64,000 nt of DNA from Leucoraja erinacea (Eukaryota), in the NCBI RefSeq assembly GCF_028641065.1, contig NC_073408.1, positions 10,974,001 through 11,038,000 on the forward strand. Direction: 5' to 3'. Made by a program: the position numbers and the translations under genes. Below the pieces are notes generated by a model. It was not told the origin of the DNA, ran no database searches, and was given only the letters and a program-made list of their open reading frames with translations. Shown one piece after another: positions 1 through 10,900 of this stretch (the first letter of the stretch is position 1; each line of letters opens with the position of its first letter).

Positions 1-1243
1 ATTGTGGGAAGCAGAGTTCTAAAACAAAATGTGACAATCTTACTGGAGACCAAAACATAATTTGTGAGAGTGAATGTGCAAAAGAACATTCAATGGGCAG
101 CCACCACACACAGTAAAAATACCCACTTTCAAATCACAGAAAAATAAAAAAGTTTGGAACAAACTAATTTCCTCAGACATCTTTAGCTTAAACAATTTAA
201 ACTATCAACTGTGTAGGGAATTTGGAAGTGTATAAACTCAGAACAAATAGTGCTGAAACATAACCATCTACAGACATTTATTTACAGGCATATAAATAAG
301 AAAATAATGTGGATCATGAATCTATATCAATCAGACAAAGCTTTCTACAATTTTAGCTGCTAATCTGCAAATATTCTTCATAATGTTATTATTGAATTGA
401 ATTTTCTCTGTGCATTACTCTGTCAATAATTGTTGTCTCATTCAGGATTCTTCTAATCCATTGCAGGTCCTGAGGCAGGATCCGTGTCAGCAATTGAGTT
501 TGAATAATCACAAAAATGTATTTGGACCCCAGTATTTTCAAGCATGTTTACCACTGAACTGTTACACAATATTGTTCGATGACCAGCATGTGCATGTCAT
601 AATTTTAACTAAAACTACCATTCCTTGGGGCCCACATATATCTTCACTTATTTCTCACCGTTGAATCTGCAGTAAATGACTCACACGGTAAGTACAATAT
701 CGGGTTGGAGAAACAAGGAACTGCAGTTGCTGGTTTACAATAAAAGACACAAAAGGGCTGGAGTAACTCAACGTCACGCAGCATCTCTGGAGAATATGGA
801 TATGTGACGTTATCCATATAATATAGGACCCCAGTACAATATAGAGATATAGCATGCCCCATCTAGCCCACGTTCCAGTAGACACACAAGGCCAAACACT
901 TACCCCATTCCCAGCCCAAAACAACCACAGCAGTATCTCCCTGTCACTTGCTTGACTCTTCCCCCATCAAGAACTCTGCTGCCGCTATCTGCTGCTTTGT
1001 GAAGTACTGCTCACCCTTTCTTCTATTTGTTGCTTGTGCCATATTATGTGGGTTTGAACTCTAATCCAGATTGGAACACAGACGCTGGGCTAGTCCTTTT
1101 GGATCGGGCATTAAACTGAGACTTTCTTTTTGTTCAAGTACAAATAAAAAGATAATTTGATACTGAACAAAGTGAGATTGTTTTTCCTTGTTTCACCCAG
1201 GGTTCATTCCTTGTTTAAAGCCACTAGCAAGATTATTTCAGAT

Positions 1244-1480
1244 ACACAAAAATGCTGGAGAAACTCAGCGGGTGCAGCAGCATCTATGGAGCGAAGGAAA
1301 TAGGCGATGTTTCGGGCCGAAACCCTTCTTCAGACTGAACAATCTGATCAGTCTGAAGAAAGGTTTTGGCCCGAAACGTCGCCTATTTCCTTCGCTCCAT
1401 AGATGCTGCTGCACCCGCTGAGTTTCTCCAGCATTTTTGTGTACCTTCGATCTTCCAGCATGTGCAGTTCCTGCTTGAAC
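1244..1480. mobile_element. Penelope-like non-autonomous insertion; inverted pLTR pair with hammerhead-like cores on both strands
   Basis: Inverted arms of ~95 bp. Core CTGAAGA...GAAACGTC at 1353-1380 (+) and CTGAAGA-AGGGTTTCGGCCC-GAAACATC on the minus strand within 1303-1337. Flanking direct repeat AGATTATTTCAGAT at 1230-1243 and 1481-1494. Confidence 0.75.
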
Positions 1481-2229
1481 AGATTATTTCAGATTATGGC
1501 ATTGCACCATGCACCACTACAGTCGACTATAATCTATATGTAATCCACTGTTAATAAAGAATGTAAAAAGAACTTCAGTATTAATGACAAAAAAGAACCA
1601 TTCAGTTCATGGTGTCAATTTCTCTTTGCAGTTATGCTCATAGCTCTATTTCCTCCTGCTTTAAAGAGGTGTGTCACATTCACTTGCAGGGTGTGGAGAT
1701 TGCTGGTAAAGTTACCTGTCCATTATTACCCTTAGGTACTGGTGAACTGCATTTGTGAACCATTACAGTGTGGCAAAGGCGTTCTGATATTGTTATTAGG
1801 TAGGAACATTCTAGGACACAGACCCAGCAACATTGAGGGAACAGCAAAATATTTCCAACTCAGAATGGCACGCCACTTGAAATGCAGACTTCTTATGCAC
1901 GTGCTTCCCTTATTCTTCTAGGTCTTACATGTGGGGTGCTCTTGAAGCAGTCTTGGCAAATTGTTGCAGCACATTATAAAGATAGCACATGCTCAGCTAT
2001 GGTATATTGGTGATAGAGAGGGTGATTGGTGTAATAAGAAGAGATTTATAAAATATTTCGTGCTTCTATAACAAATTTTCTCTTCTCCTTTCGACATTAT
2101 CAATAAAATGTGAAACATTTTTTTTCAGGTGTTGCCAATTGGATGAAACAATCTGCCCTATTTACCAATTATTCATTTTTAAAACATCAACACTCCTCTG
2201 TAGTGCGGCTCCTTGTTTAGGAAGATCTA

Positions 2230-2500
2230 TTTAAACAAGAGACTTTGTGCCCTCTCCGGTAAACAGAAAAGATTCTTCAACATTATTTGAAGACCAGATG
2301 AGTCCTTAGTAAGATGACCATTTTTTTCTACTCAATATACTTCAGCATGGCCAATATCCAGTTCCTATCACAGTGATGTTTGTGGAAACCTGCGGGACAT
2401 AAATTACATGCTACGTTTTGCTATTTTGCAAGAGCAATTAGGATTCGAAAGCATACATTTGATTGCAGTAACGCACCAAGAAACTTGTGTGTTCTGCTCT
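2230..2500 (+). mobile_element. Highly decayed Deu-domain SINE relic (SacSINE1/AmnSINE1-like)
   Basis: Degenerate match to the Deu-domain text as I recall it (ccctctccggtaaacagaaaagatt...tatttgaaga...tgtttgtggaaacctgc). Similar relics occur near 21400-21760 (-), 44440-44700 (+) and 53580-53900 (-). Confidence 0.45.
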
Positions 2501-4937
2501 GTAAATACAAGTCTTTTTATGTGGTAATAGCATCTTCAAAACTAACAAACACACTATTACCACAGAAAACACAGAAACATAGAACAGTATAGCACAGGAA
2601 CGGGCCTTTCTGCCCACAATGTCTTTGCCGCATATGATACTAAGTTCAACTAATATTCTTTGCCTGCACGTAATCCATATCTCTGCATGTCCACAAAATG
2701 CCTAAATGCCTCTGGTAAAATCCTCTAAAATGCCACTATCATATCTGCCTCCACCACCACCCACAGCAATACGTTCAAGAAACCACCATCTTGTGTAAAA
2801 ATAAAATATACTCAGCACATGCTTGTCCTTTTCTTTCTGTGATGTTAATATTGATTTGACCTGACACATCTTCACCATGCATGTCCCATTCTTTCTCCTT
2901 ATTTAGCTTAAAATTCAATCGAGCTTTTTTCAGAAAGCCAAAATCTGTTCATCCAATTCCCATTTTCTAGCTCCAGGTCTTTAGTCGTTTGGGTTACACC
3001 ATTTTAAGTACACATAAAAGTACATCCTAACCATTGTGGTTTTATCCTTTCAAGTAGTAGGTTGCAAATATACCCACCATGAGCATGAGCACAAATTCCC
3101 TCAAATCCTTCTTCCAATTACTTGAATTGATATGCCCTAGTTTTAGAATTTTTTGAGAGAAATAATTTGATAATATGATGTGTTTGCAAATATTTATCTT
3201 TCATTTCTCTCAGCTCCTCCTTTCCTTTCTACTATAACCTATTACTGAACATATATAGTCACAATTCTTGCCTTCTTTCAAATATGATTTTTTCAATTGT
3301 CTGCAAAATGAACTCATCACAATGATAAAGTATTGGTGATTCATTCTGATACTTAGCTTCTGGCTGATCAAATGCAAGAATGAAAAAGAATATGATTTCC
3401 AGAAATTTCTAACTAGATTTGAAAAGATCTAACAATTTCCAGGAAAAAATCTTCCCCACATTTTAATGGAGGAAATGTGGATTTAAGAACATTAAAGTAT
3501 GGTGCTCAACATCCATGAGCCAGGATAAAATACATGGAGCTCATTTTTCAATCTTATACAAAGATACCATTCCAGTCTTTAAACACAATAAGAATAATGT
3601 TCCTCTACTTGAACTCTATGCCAAGCATTAGCTTACCCAGACAATCGCTGACATCTTCTGCACCTATTTTTCACCAAAGTCTCAGTAGATTAGAAAGTTC
3701 AGTGACAGAAAGTTCTAGCAAAGCTGGTACATTTATCCATGCAAAAAAACCTCCTCCTACAGTGACGCAGATGGCTCTTCGACCCAAGTGGCTCAAAAGA
3801 TAATTCTTCCACAAAACACCATACACGACATAGTGACTGTGATAGGAGGTGGGGGTATGGTTGGAGGGAGGCAATCAATCATCTTATATTTGAAAAAACA
3901 AAAATGTATCAAGTATAATGACTTTGTGTAGTCCCCACAATGAGTTATTTATGAGCAAAGGTTTCATATACCTGAAATGTGTAGCATTATAAAAAGTTAA
4001 CATTATGGAGAAAATTTGAATAAAAGAGACATTTATTCTTATCATAACGACAAGGCATTCAAAAACACTTGCAAGCACATTCCATGTCCAATTGCAACAA
4101 AACACCTTATTCTCAATGAAGAATGAAATAAACCCCGTGGGATTGGTAAAGGTACTGGATGTGGCAAAGAACAAGTAACGATTTGGCAGCGGATTTTGGG
4201 AGCAAAATGTGCCTTTGCCATTACAATCGATGCAAGGATGTGCAATTGGATAGGAACAGCATGGGGAGAACAAGCTAGGTGTGGGTATCAAAGTTAGGGT
4301 TAAGAAGGGTGCTGTTTGGCAAATGGAGGGGAGGTGCCAGAGAAGACATTTATGCAATAAAGGTATAGACATCCATTGATGTGTGGGATTGGTCGGAATT
4401 GATCTAAAAAAAATGAGTCAGATGGGAAAAGACCAGTAAATTAGTAGAAGACACCCATGGTTATACCTTGCAAGTAATGGAAGGAGCAATCTAACAGCAA
4501 CAGCAATGGGGTCATGGGAAAATATATAAATAAGAGGGATTAGTGATGAAGGAGAGTGGCAAAACCGTTAGGGGATTTCAAAAGAAAGGACGTGCCATTA
4601 AGAGGTGGGATAATGCCAGGTGGCCAGAGAGAAAGTCTGCAGGAAAAGGGTGGCAGTGTAAGGAGAAATGGGCAACAGAGTGGTCAGTGAAGGATATGTC
4701 ATAGAGAGATATATTGAAGCAGGCCCTTCAAACCACAGGATCCACACTGACCATCAACCAACCATTAGTGCTCACCCCACATGAATCACTTTTTTTCCCC
4801 TAAATTTTCACCCCCACTCTCATCATCAATCTAATCCCACCCCTGCAGATCTGACCACTCACCCACACACTATTCGCAATTTACAATGGCCAATTAACCA
4901 GCAATTAAAATAACCATTTAAAATGTGATGAGAGAGG

Positions 4938-5090
4938 AAAATGCTGGAATAACTCAGCGGGATAGGCAGCATATCTGGAGACAAGGAATGGGCGACGTTT
5001 CGGGTCGAGACCCTTCTTCAGACAGAAGGGTCTCGACCCGAAACATCACCAATTCCTTCTCGCCAGAGACACTGCCTGATCCATCATTTT
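4938..5090. mobile_element. Penelope-like inverted repeat with intact hammerhead-like core on the minus strand
   Basis: Minus strand 5025-4990 reads CTGT-CTGAAGA-A-GGGTC-TC-GACCC-GAAAC-GTC-GCCC, followed by a partial inverted copy. Confidence 0.7.
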
Positions 5091-5239
5091 GTGTGAGAGA
5101 AAGGTAATGGCAAGAGGCAAGGACAAGTTAGTGGAGGGTTGCGACAGGTTCGGGACGTGGTAAGGGCATAAATGTATGTTTGATGAAAGCGACGGTGTGC
5201 GTGTGCAGGGAAGGGGGTGTGAGGCTGGCTAGGTCAGGG

Positions 5240-5640
5240 TCATTCCCGGACGGGCACCTCTGACCAAAGATCCTAGAGGAGCTCCTCGAATATCTTTGGC
5301 TCTGACGGTGAGCACACGCCGAGGAGAAGCTGGTGCTGCGGCCATGGGGCCAATCAACGCTGCAGGGCGGGACATCCGGCCTTCCTTGCCAGCTTATCCC
5401 CTGAAGAAAGTTTGTGCTTCACTTACCCGCACTCCGTTCGCTGTGTCTTCGGACATGACCCCAAATCGGAGCTCCACGCGGCAAAGCAGCCAGAATCCCC
5501 GACCTTCCGAGTGGGAAACTGAATGGGATTTAAAGGCGCCTTTTCCTCACCACCGGCACCCTCTCCCTGGCGGCGCCATCTTCCCAACGTCACCTCCTGC
5601 CCAAAGCGCACGCGTATAGGGGGTTGCACGAAAGGTCACT
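5240..5640 (-). promoter_or_regulatory. CpG-island promoter of the minus-strand gene
   Basis: CpG-rich stretch with YY1-like AAGATGGCG (minus strand, ~5574-5582), ACGTCA half-CRE (~5587-5592) and NRF1-like GCGCACGCGT (5606-5615). Confidence 0.6.
5427..5456 (-). CDS. Putative first coding exon (MSEDTANGVR) of an unidentified gene running off the left edge
   Basis: ggggtcATG at 5456, 10 codons, then a canonical donor CGG|GTAAGT. Lies inside a CpG island just downstream of a YY1-type motif. Confidence 0.5.
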
Positions 5641-6672
5641 TCTTCATACTGAACTGAAGAACATAACGTCGTCCATGTACACGGAAGCTTTAACTTACGC
5701 TCTCGCTCCCTGGGATTGTCACCCGAGTTGTGTTCTTTTTAATGGGTTTGGCAAAATGCACAAAACACACCACACGCAAATAAGACAGTTGTGAGGGTGT
5801 GTCATGTCTACTCCAGATTTGAAAAGGATGGGTTTGTTCAGTACTACTGATGACTGTTGTATCTAATTATGAATTCCCTCCCCAAAGCCCATTTTGTAGA
5901 CCATTTCCATTATGTACTTATGAGAAGTTAGCCAAGCTGCTGTTGGGGCTTGGTAAATTCTCAGACAGATGCTGTCCCACACAAATTCAGCCTGAGAGGA
6001 ACCATTATACAGAGATGTGGTGCTTGGAGAATATGGTATGGGTGAGAGGCATTAAGAGTGCACAGAATACGACCCTCACATTCTCATCAGCAGTTGGTTC
6101 AGAATAAATGAATCCCATACCAAAACAAAATATTACATATTTGATCAAATATGTGTATAGTATTTACAGGCCTCTAATGCTGCTGTCAGTAAGAAATTAA
6201 TAGTTCTGTTGTCGTACATATGACACGCATGACAACCCCTCCACATGGCCAGTCTAGTCATTGGCCAATACCAATAAAATGAATATGAAGTAAGAAATTG
6301 GAAAAAATACCGAATCCTCATTTTTTTTTAGTTTCGTTCAGAGATAAAGCATGAAACAGGCCTTTCGGCTCACCGAGTCCACACTGACCAGTTATCCCTG
6401 CACATTAACACTAAAGATCATAGAGCGGAGCCACAAAGACCATGACCTTTGATTGACACAATCCTGTACAATTATACTAAGCCAATGAACCTACGTCTTC
6501 GGAATGGCAACGGGGTGTAGTGGATTAATTTCCAGAGACTGCAAGAAAATCGGAAGGTTTGAGAATCTGGGAGTTCTACTTGATTCCCAAAGGGAACGAA
6601 GAGAAAGTATAATTATTTTTCATTAAACCTTGAAGAGGACAGAAACTACGCCAGAGGAGGGTGAACCCGAGG

Positions 6673-6899
6673 CAGGGCCGTCTTCACAGCATTATAGCCC
6701 CCACCCGGGCAAAGCAGTGCACTGGGGCCGCTACACTTCCAGTTTCTTTATGTCGAATATGCCGTCATGCACTTGCGATGTTTTTCTCCGCTTTCATGTT
6801 CTACAATAACATTCTACAATGCACAGATTAGCATGGGGGCCCTATGCTCGTGGGGCCCCGGGCAACTGCCCAGCGTGCCCATTAGTAAAGACGGCCCTG
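6673..6899. mobile_element. hAT-family MITE
   Basis: Terminal inverted repeats CAGGGCCGTCTT / AAGACGGCCCTG. 8-bp TSD ACCCGAGG (6665-6672) / GCCCGAGG (6900-6907). Confidence 0.8.
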
Positions 6900-6939
6900 G
6901 CCCGAGGGGAAAGTAAAATGAGAATGAAAAAGCAGTGAA

Positions 6940-7860
6940 TGAGATGTCGTCGCCGAGATGCTGCGGGAAGCCGGCGTTGCCTGGAAACCGAATATAAACA
7001 GCGAGTGCTGGAGTAACTCCGCGGGTCTGACTCAGACTGCATCTCTGAAGAAAAGGAATAGGTTGCGTTTATAGATTCTTGCCTGGAATCCGCAGGCCAG
7101 GTTGCCGGGGTAGCGGGGCGCCGTGGGCCTGCTCCTCCGCTCTCGCCGACGGGAGTTTGTGAGACCCGCTCTCACTCCCTTTCCCCCCGGCTCCCGCAGT
7201 CGGGACGGGCAGGTGGAAGTTAGACCGCGGCCTGGACATCTCAGTGTGTGTTTGTGATGCAACGGCCTTCCAGTATCAGGGCAAGAGAGAGAGAGAGAGA
7301 GATGGTGGATAAATCCAGGCTCTGCACATGAATTGATCATTGGACAACTCCTTGTCAACGGGCAGGGCGACCACAAAAGTCCTTGCAGGCCATGAAGTGT
7401 TCTGAAGTGTCTTGGCTGTTGCAATGGACGAAGCGGCACCGGCATTGCATGGCTCGGCACCGGGAGACCGAAGGGGAGGAATTATGTCTATTTTCGGTTT
7501 AAACCAGAATCTGCAGTGCCTTCCTGCACAATTGGTGGTGTGATGGACTCGAGAGTTGACATACTCACTTGACATCTGATTACACAAACGCGAAGCGCCT
7601 GGGTATTAAACGTGCTTTATTGATTTTTGTTTGTCGCCCCATAATGCTTTAAAGGTGAAACTTGTCGCTGGGACAACATCCCATAAGTCCTGACCTTGCA
7701 GAGTGCAGTGGTTTAAGACGTTGTCACCGCCATAAAAGGAAGATCAATAAACGTTTGTATTTGACAGCGACGCCACCCGCCTAAAATGGTCTGTTTTAAA
7801 AGTGCATTCGCTGCGTGCTGAGTTTATTTGAGCACATCCGATTTGTTTTCACGCTCGGGG
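6940..7860 (+). promoter_or_regulatory. CpG-rich promoter with RFX X-box-like motifs upstream of the uncharacterised plus-strand gene
   Basis: GTTGCCTGGAAAC 6976-6988, GTTGCCGGGGTAGC 7101-7114 and GTCGCTGGGACAAC 7664-7677, in CpG-rich sequence. Confidence 0.55.
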
Positions 7861-7868
7861 TTAAACTC

Positions 7869-7915
7869 ATGGCATCTAATAAAACTGAGAAAACATGGGA
7901 TGACTTGCAGGAAAG
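7869..7915 (+). CDS. Uncharacterised gene, coding exon 1 ([16 protein letters not shown])
   Basis: ATG at 7869; donor AG|GTAAGG; phase 2. Confidence 0.6.
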
Positions 7916-10900
7916 GTAAGGAATGAGCTGTTTTCTTACAGTAAGTCTCGTTACAAAAAACACTATAATGTTACATATAGATTGAGTTTCATCAGGATTT
8001 GATTGGAACCAAATTGTCGTAAATACTCTGAGAAGTACTCCACTCCGTTATTCCACGCATTGAAATTCATGAAATATTCAAGGTATTTTGACAGGATTGT
8101 GAAGACACACTGAAGTGGGCGCTGTTATCTCACAACACACACTGATTTACACTTCAACTGCATTGCAGATAATCTCGTATCTTTCACCCTTATGCAGTAT
8201 GAGACTGAACTGCAGATGATGGTTTACAAAAAAAAGTGCTCGAGTAGATCAGCCTCTCGGGCGTACACAGATAGGCTACGTTTCTTGATCCTTGTTCAGA
8301 CTAATTGTTGTAGGGAAAAGAAAGCTGGAAGAGAGGCAGAGACAGGACAAAGCCTGGCAAGTGATAGGTGCATACAGGTTTAGTTTAGAGATGCAACATG
8401 GAAACATGCCCTACAACCCACAGCTACATAGATCACGTGTTTACATCTGAAGAAGGGTTTCGGCCCGAAACGTTGCCTATTTCCTTCGCTCAGCTGCGCC
8501 CGCTGAGTTTCTCCAGCATTTTTGTGTTCCTTACATAGATCACGTGTTCACGCTATTTCTATGTTATCCCACTTTCTCATCCACTCCCTACGCTTTAGGG
8601 GAAATGTTATAGATTGGCAGAGGGGTCAAGAAATGGGAGACATAAAATGGGGTGATTGGCAAAGGAATCTAAGGTAAAAAGAAGCAACATTTATTTACAA
8701 AACAAATGGTTAGAATTTGTAATGTACTGGCAAAGGTAGTAATAAAGTCTAATTCTTTGTACTTTAGAATTTAGAGATACAGCGCGGAAACAGGCCCTTT
8801 GGCCCACTGACTCCGTGCCGACCAGCACTATCCTACACACTAGGGACAATTTATAATTTCGTCAAAGCCTATTAACCCATAAACCTGTATGTCTTTGGAG
8901 TGTGGGAGAAAATCGGAGCACCTATAGAAAAGCCACGCAATCACAGGGAGAATGTACAAACTCCATACAGACAGCACTCATTGTCAGGATTGATGTGGCG
9001 TTTTAAAGCAGCAACTCTACCACTGTGCCACCCCAGTCCTCTTGTCGCTTGTTGCTCCATAAATATCCAGAGAGAGAGAATTAGCAGTGCTTTGGAAAGA
9101 AGGCAGGAGAGTGGACCAGCTGGATTGCTTTTACCTCAAACTGTTGCAGAATCAAAAGATTGTAACCATTCTTTTACCCTGTAAGCCCCTAATTGCGTTG
9201 TCCATTCCTTTGCAGTTTTAATCGCATTCGACAACAGCTTGGCCTTGTTCCCTGGACGCATCAAAGTGACCGCCCAAAGAGTCAGCTTGTCAGGCAGAAG
9301 GTGCACTCCCCATCCTACCTGCCCAGGTATGCTTATTTCAAAGATTTTATTTGTAGAACAGAAAATGGGAGCACTATTCTTCGACTCGATTAAATCATTA
9401 CTGATGTGCTCTTCAGTTTCATTCACGCAAGTTTGCTGAATGTCCTTTGTATCCTTAACCCACAAAGTCCACACACTCTGTTCTGAAATTTCAAGAGACC
9501 CTCTGTATCCACAGCTTTTCAAGGGGGAGTTCCGGGCATCTGTGTGAGAAAGTATTTCTTCATTTCATCTTTTGTTCTGGAGTGAAACATTTCCTCCCTA
9601 TCTATCGTATTAAGTCAATTTAAACAGCTCACCCCATATCTAGTAAAACCAATGGAATGTACATCAAGTCTCCTAATCGTGATGCTGATGAAAGCTTGTC
9701 TCTTGGGTGGCAGAAATGGAAGCTTACAGTGAGTTTGAATCTGAATTTACAGAATCCTTTAACTTCAGTAACGTTAAGAAAATCTGAGTTTCAGATCTGA
9801 TTCTTTTCATCATTATGTGAACTAGAACGGCTCAGCTCTCCCCCTCAAACCGCTCCTAGGGCACAGCAGCAGAGTTGCTGTCTTATAACACTCGGGACCC
9901 GGGATCAATCCTGACTATGGACGCTGCCTGTACGGAGTTTTGACAGCGTGGGTTTTCTCGGGGCGCTCCAGTTTCCTCCCACACCAAAGACATTCAGATT
10001 TGGAGGTTAATTGACCTTGGTTAAAATTGTAAATTGTCCCTAGTGTGTAGGATAGTGCTGATGTACGGGGATCGTCGGTCAGCACGGACTTTTCATTACG
10101 TTTTCTCATTCAACGGAGGAATATGCTAATTAAATAGCATTGTTCCCGATGTTAGGGAAGTCCAGGACAAGGGGTCACAGCTTAAGGATAAAGGGGAAAT
10201 CCTTTAAAACCGAGATGAGAAGAACTTTTTTCACACAGAGAGTGGTGAATCTCTGGAACTCTCTGCCACAGAGGGCAGTTGAGGCCAGTTCATTGGCTAT
10301 ATTTAAGAGGGAGTTAGATGTGGCCCTTGTGGCTAAGGGGATCAGGGGGTATGGAGAGAAGGCAGGTACGGGATACTGAGTTGGATGATCAGCCATGATC
10401 ATATTGAATGGCGGTGCAGGCTCGAAGGGCCGAATGGCCTACTCCTGCACCTAATTTCTATGTTTCTATGTCTATGTTTCTAAATGGCTGTGCTGCATTG
10501 TATACCTTGTGAATATTATGTTAGATATAGTAATTGTTTATATCTTGTTATTTTACCACAATTAGCTTGGTAATTATTTTCTCTTTTGCACACTCTCACG
10601 CTTTTAGGTTGGTGGTTACATCTGATGCAATTTCCAAAAGACCCGTTGCTGATCTTCGACGGGATCACTGGGTAGTCGTTCCTCCACTGTACAATAACAG
10701 GCAAGGGGAATACAAATCTGGTTGCAATAATAATAGATCTTTCATTGTGAAAAATATATTAGATTATATAGATGAGGAATAGCTGCTTCTGGACTCATAT
10801 TTAAAATAGAGTATTTGCATCACATGAAAGAATGTTTCTGAGGAAACATTTCTTATCCTGGAAGCCATGAGTTGCTTGCAGGCTTATTCCAACCAAACGC

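Noticed and set aside
659-666. Possible 8-nt microexon on the minus strand (tttactgcag|ATTCAACG|gtgaga)
   Set aside because: The splice signals look plausible, but it cannot be tied to a reading frame or flanking exons within the window.
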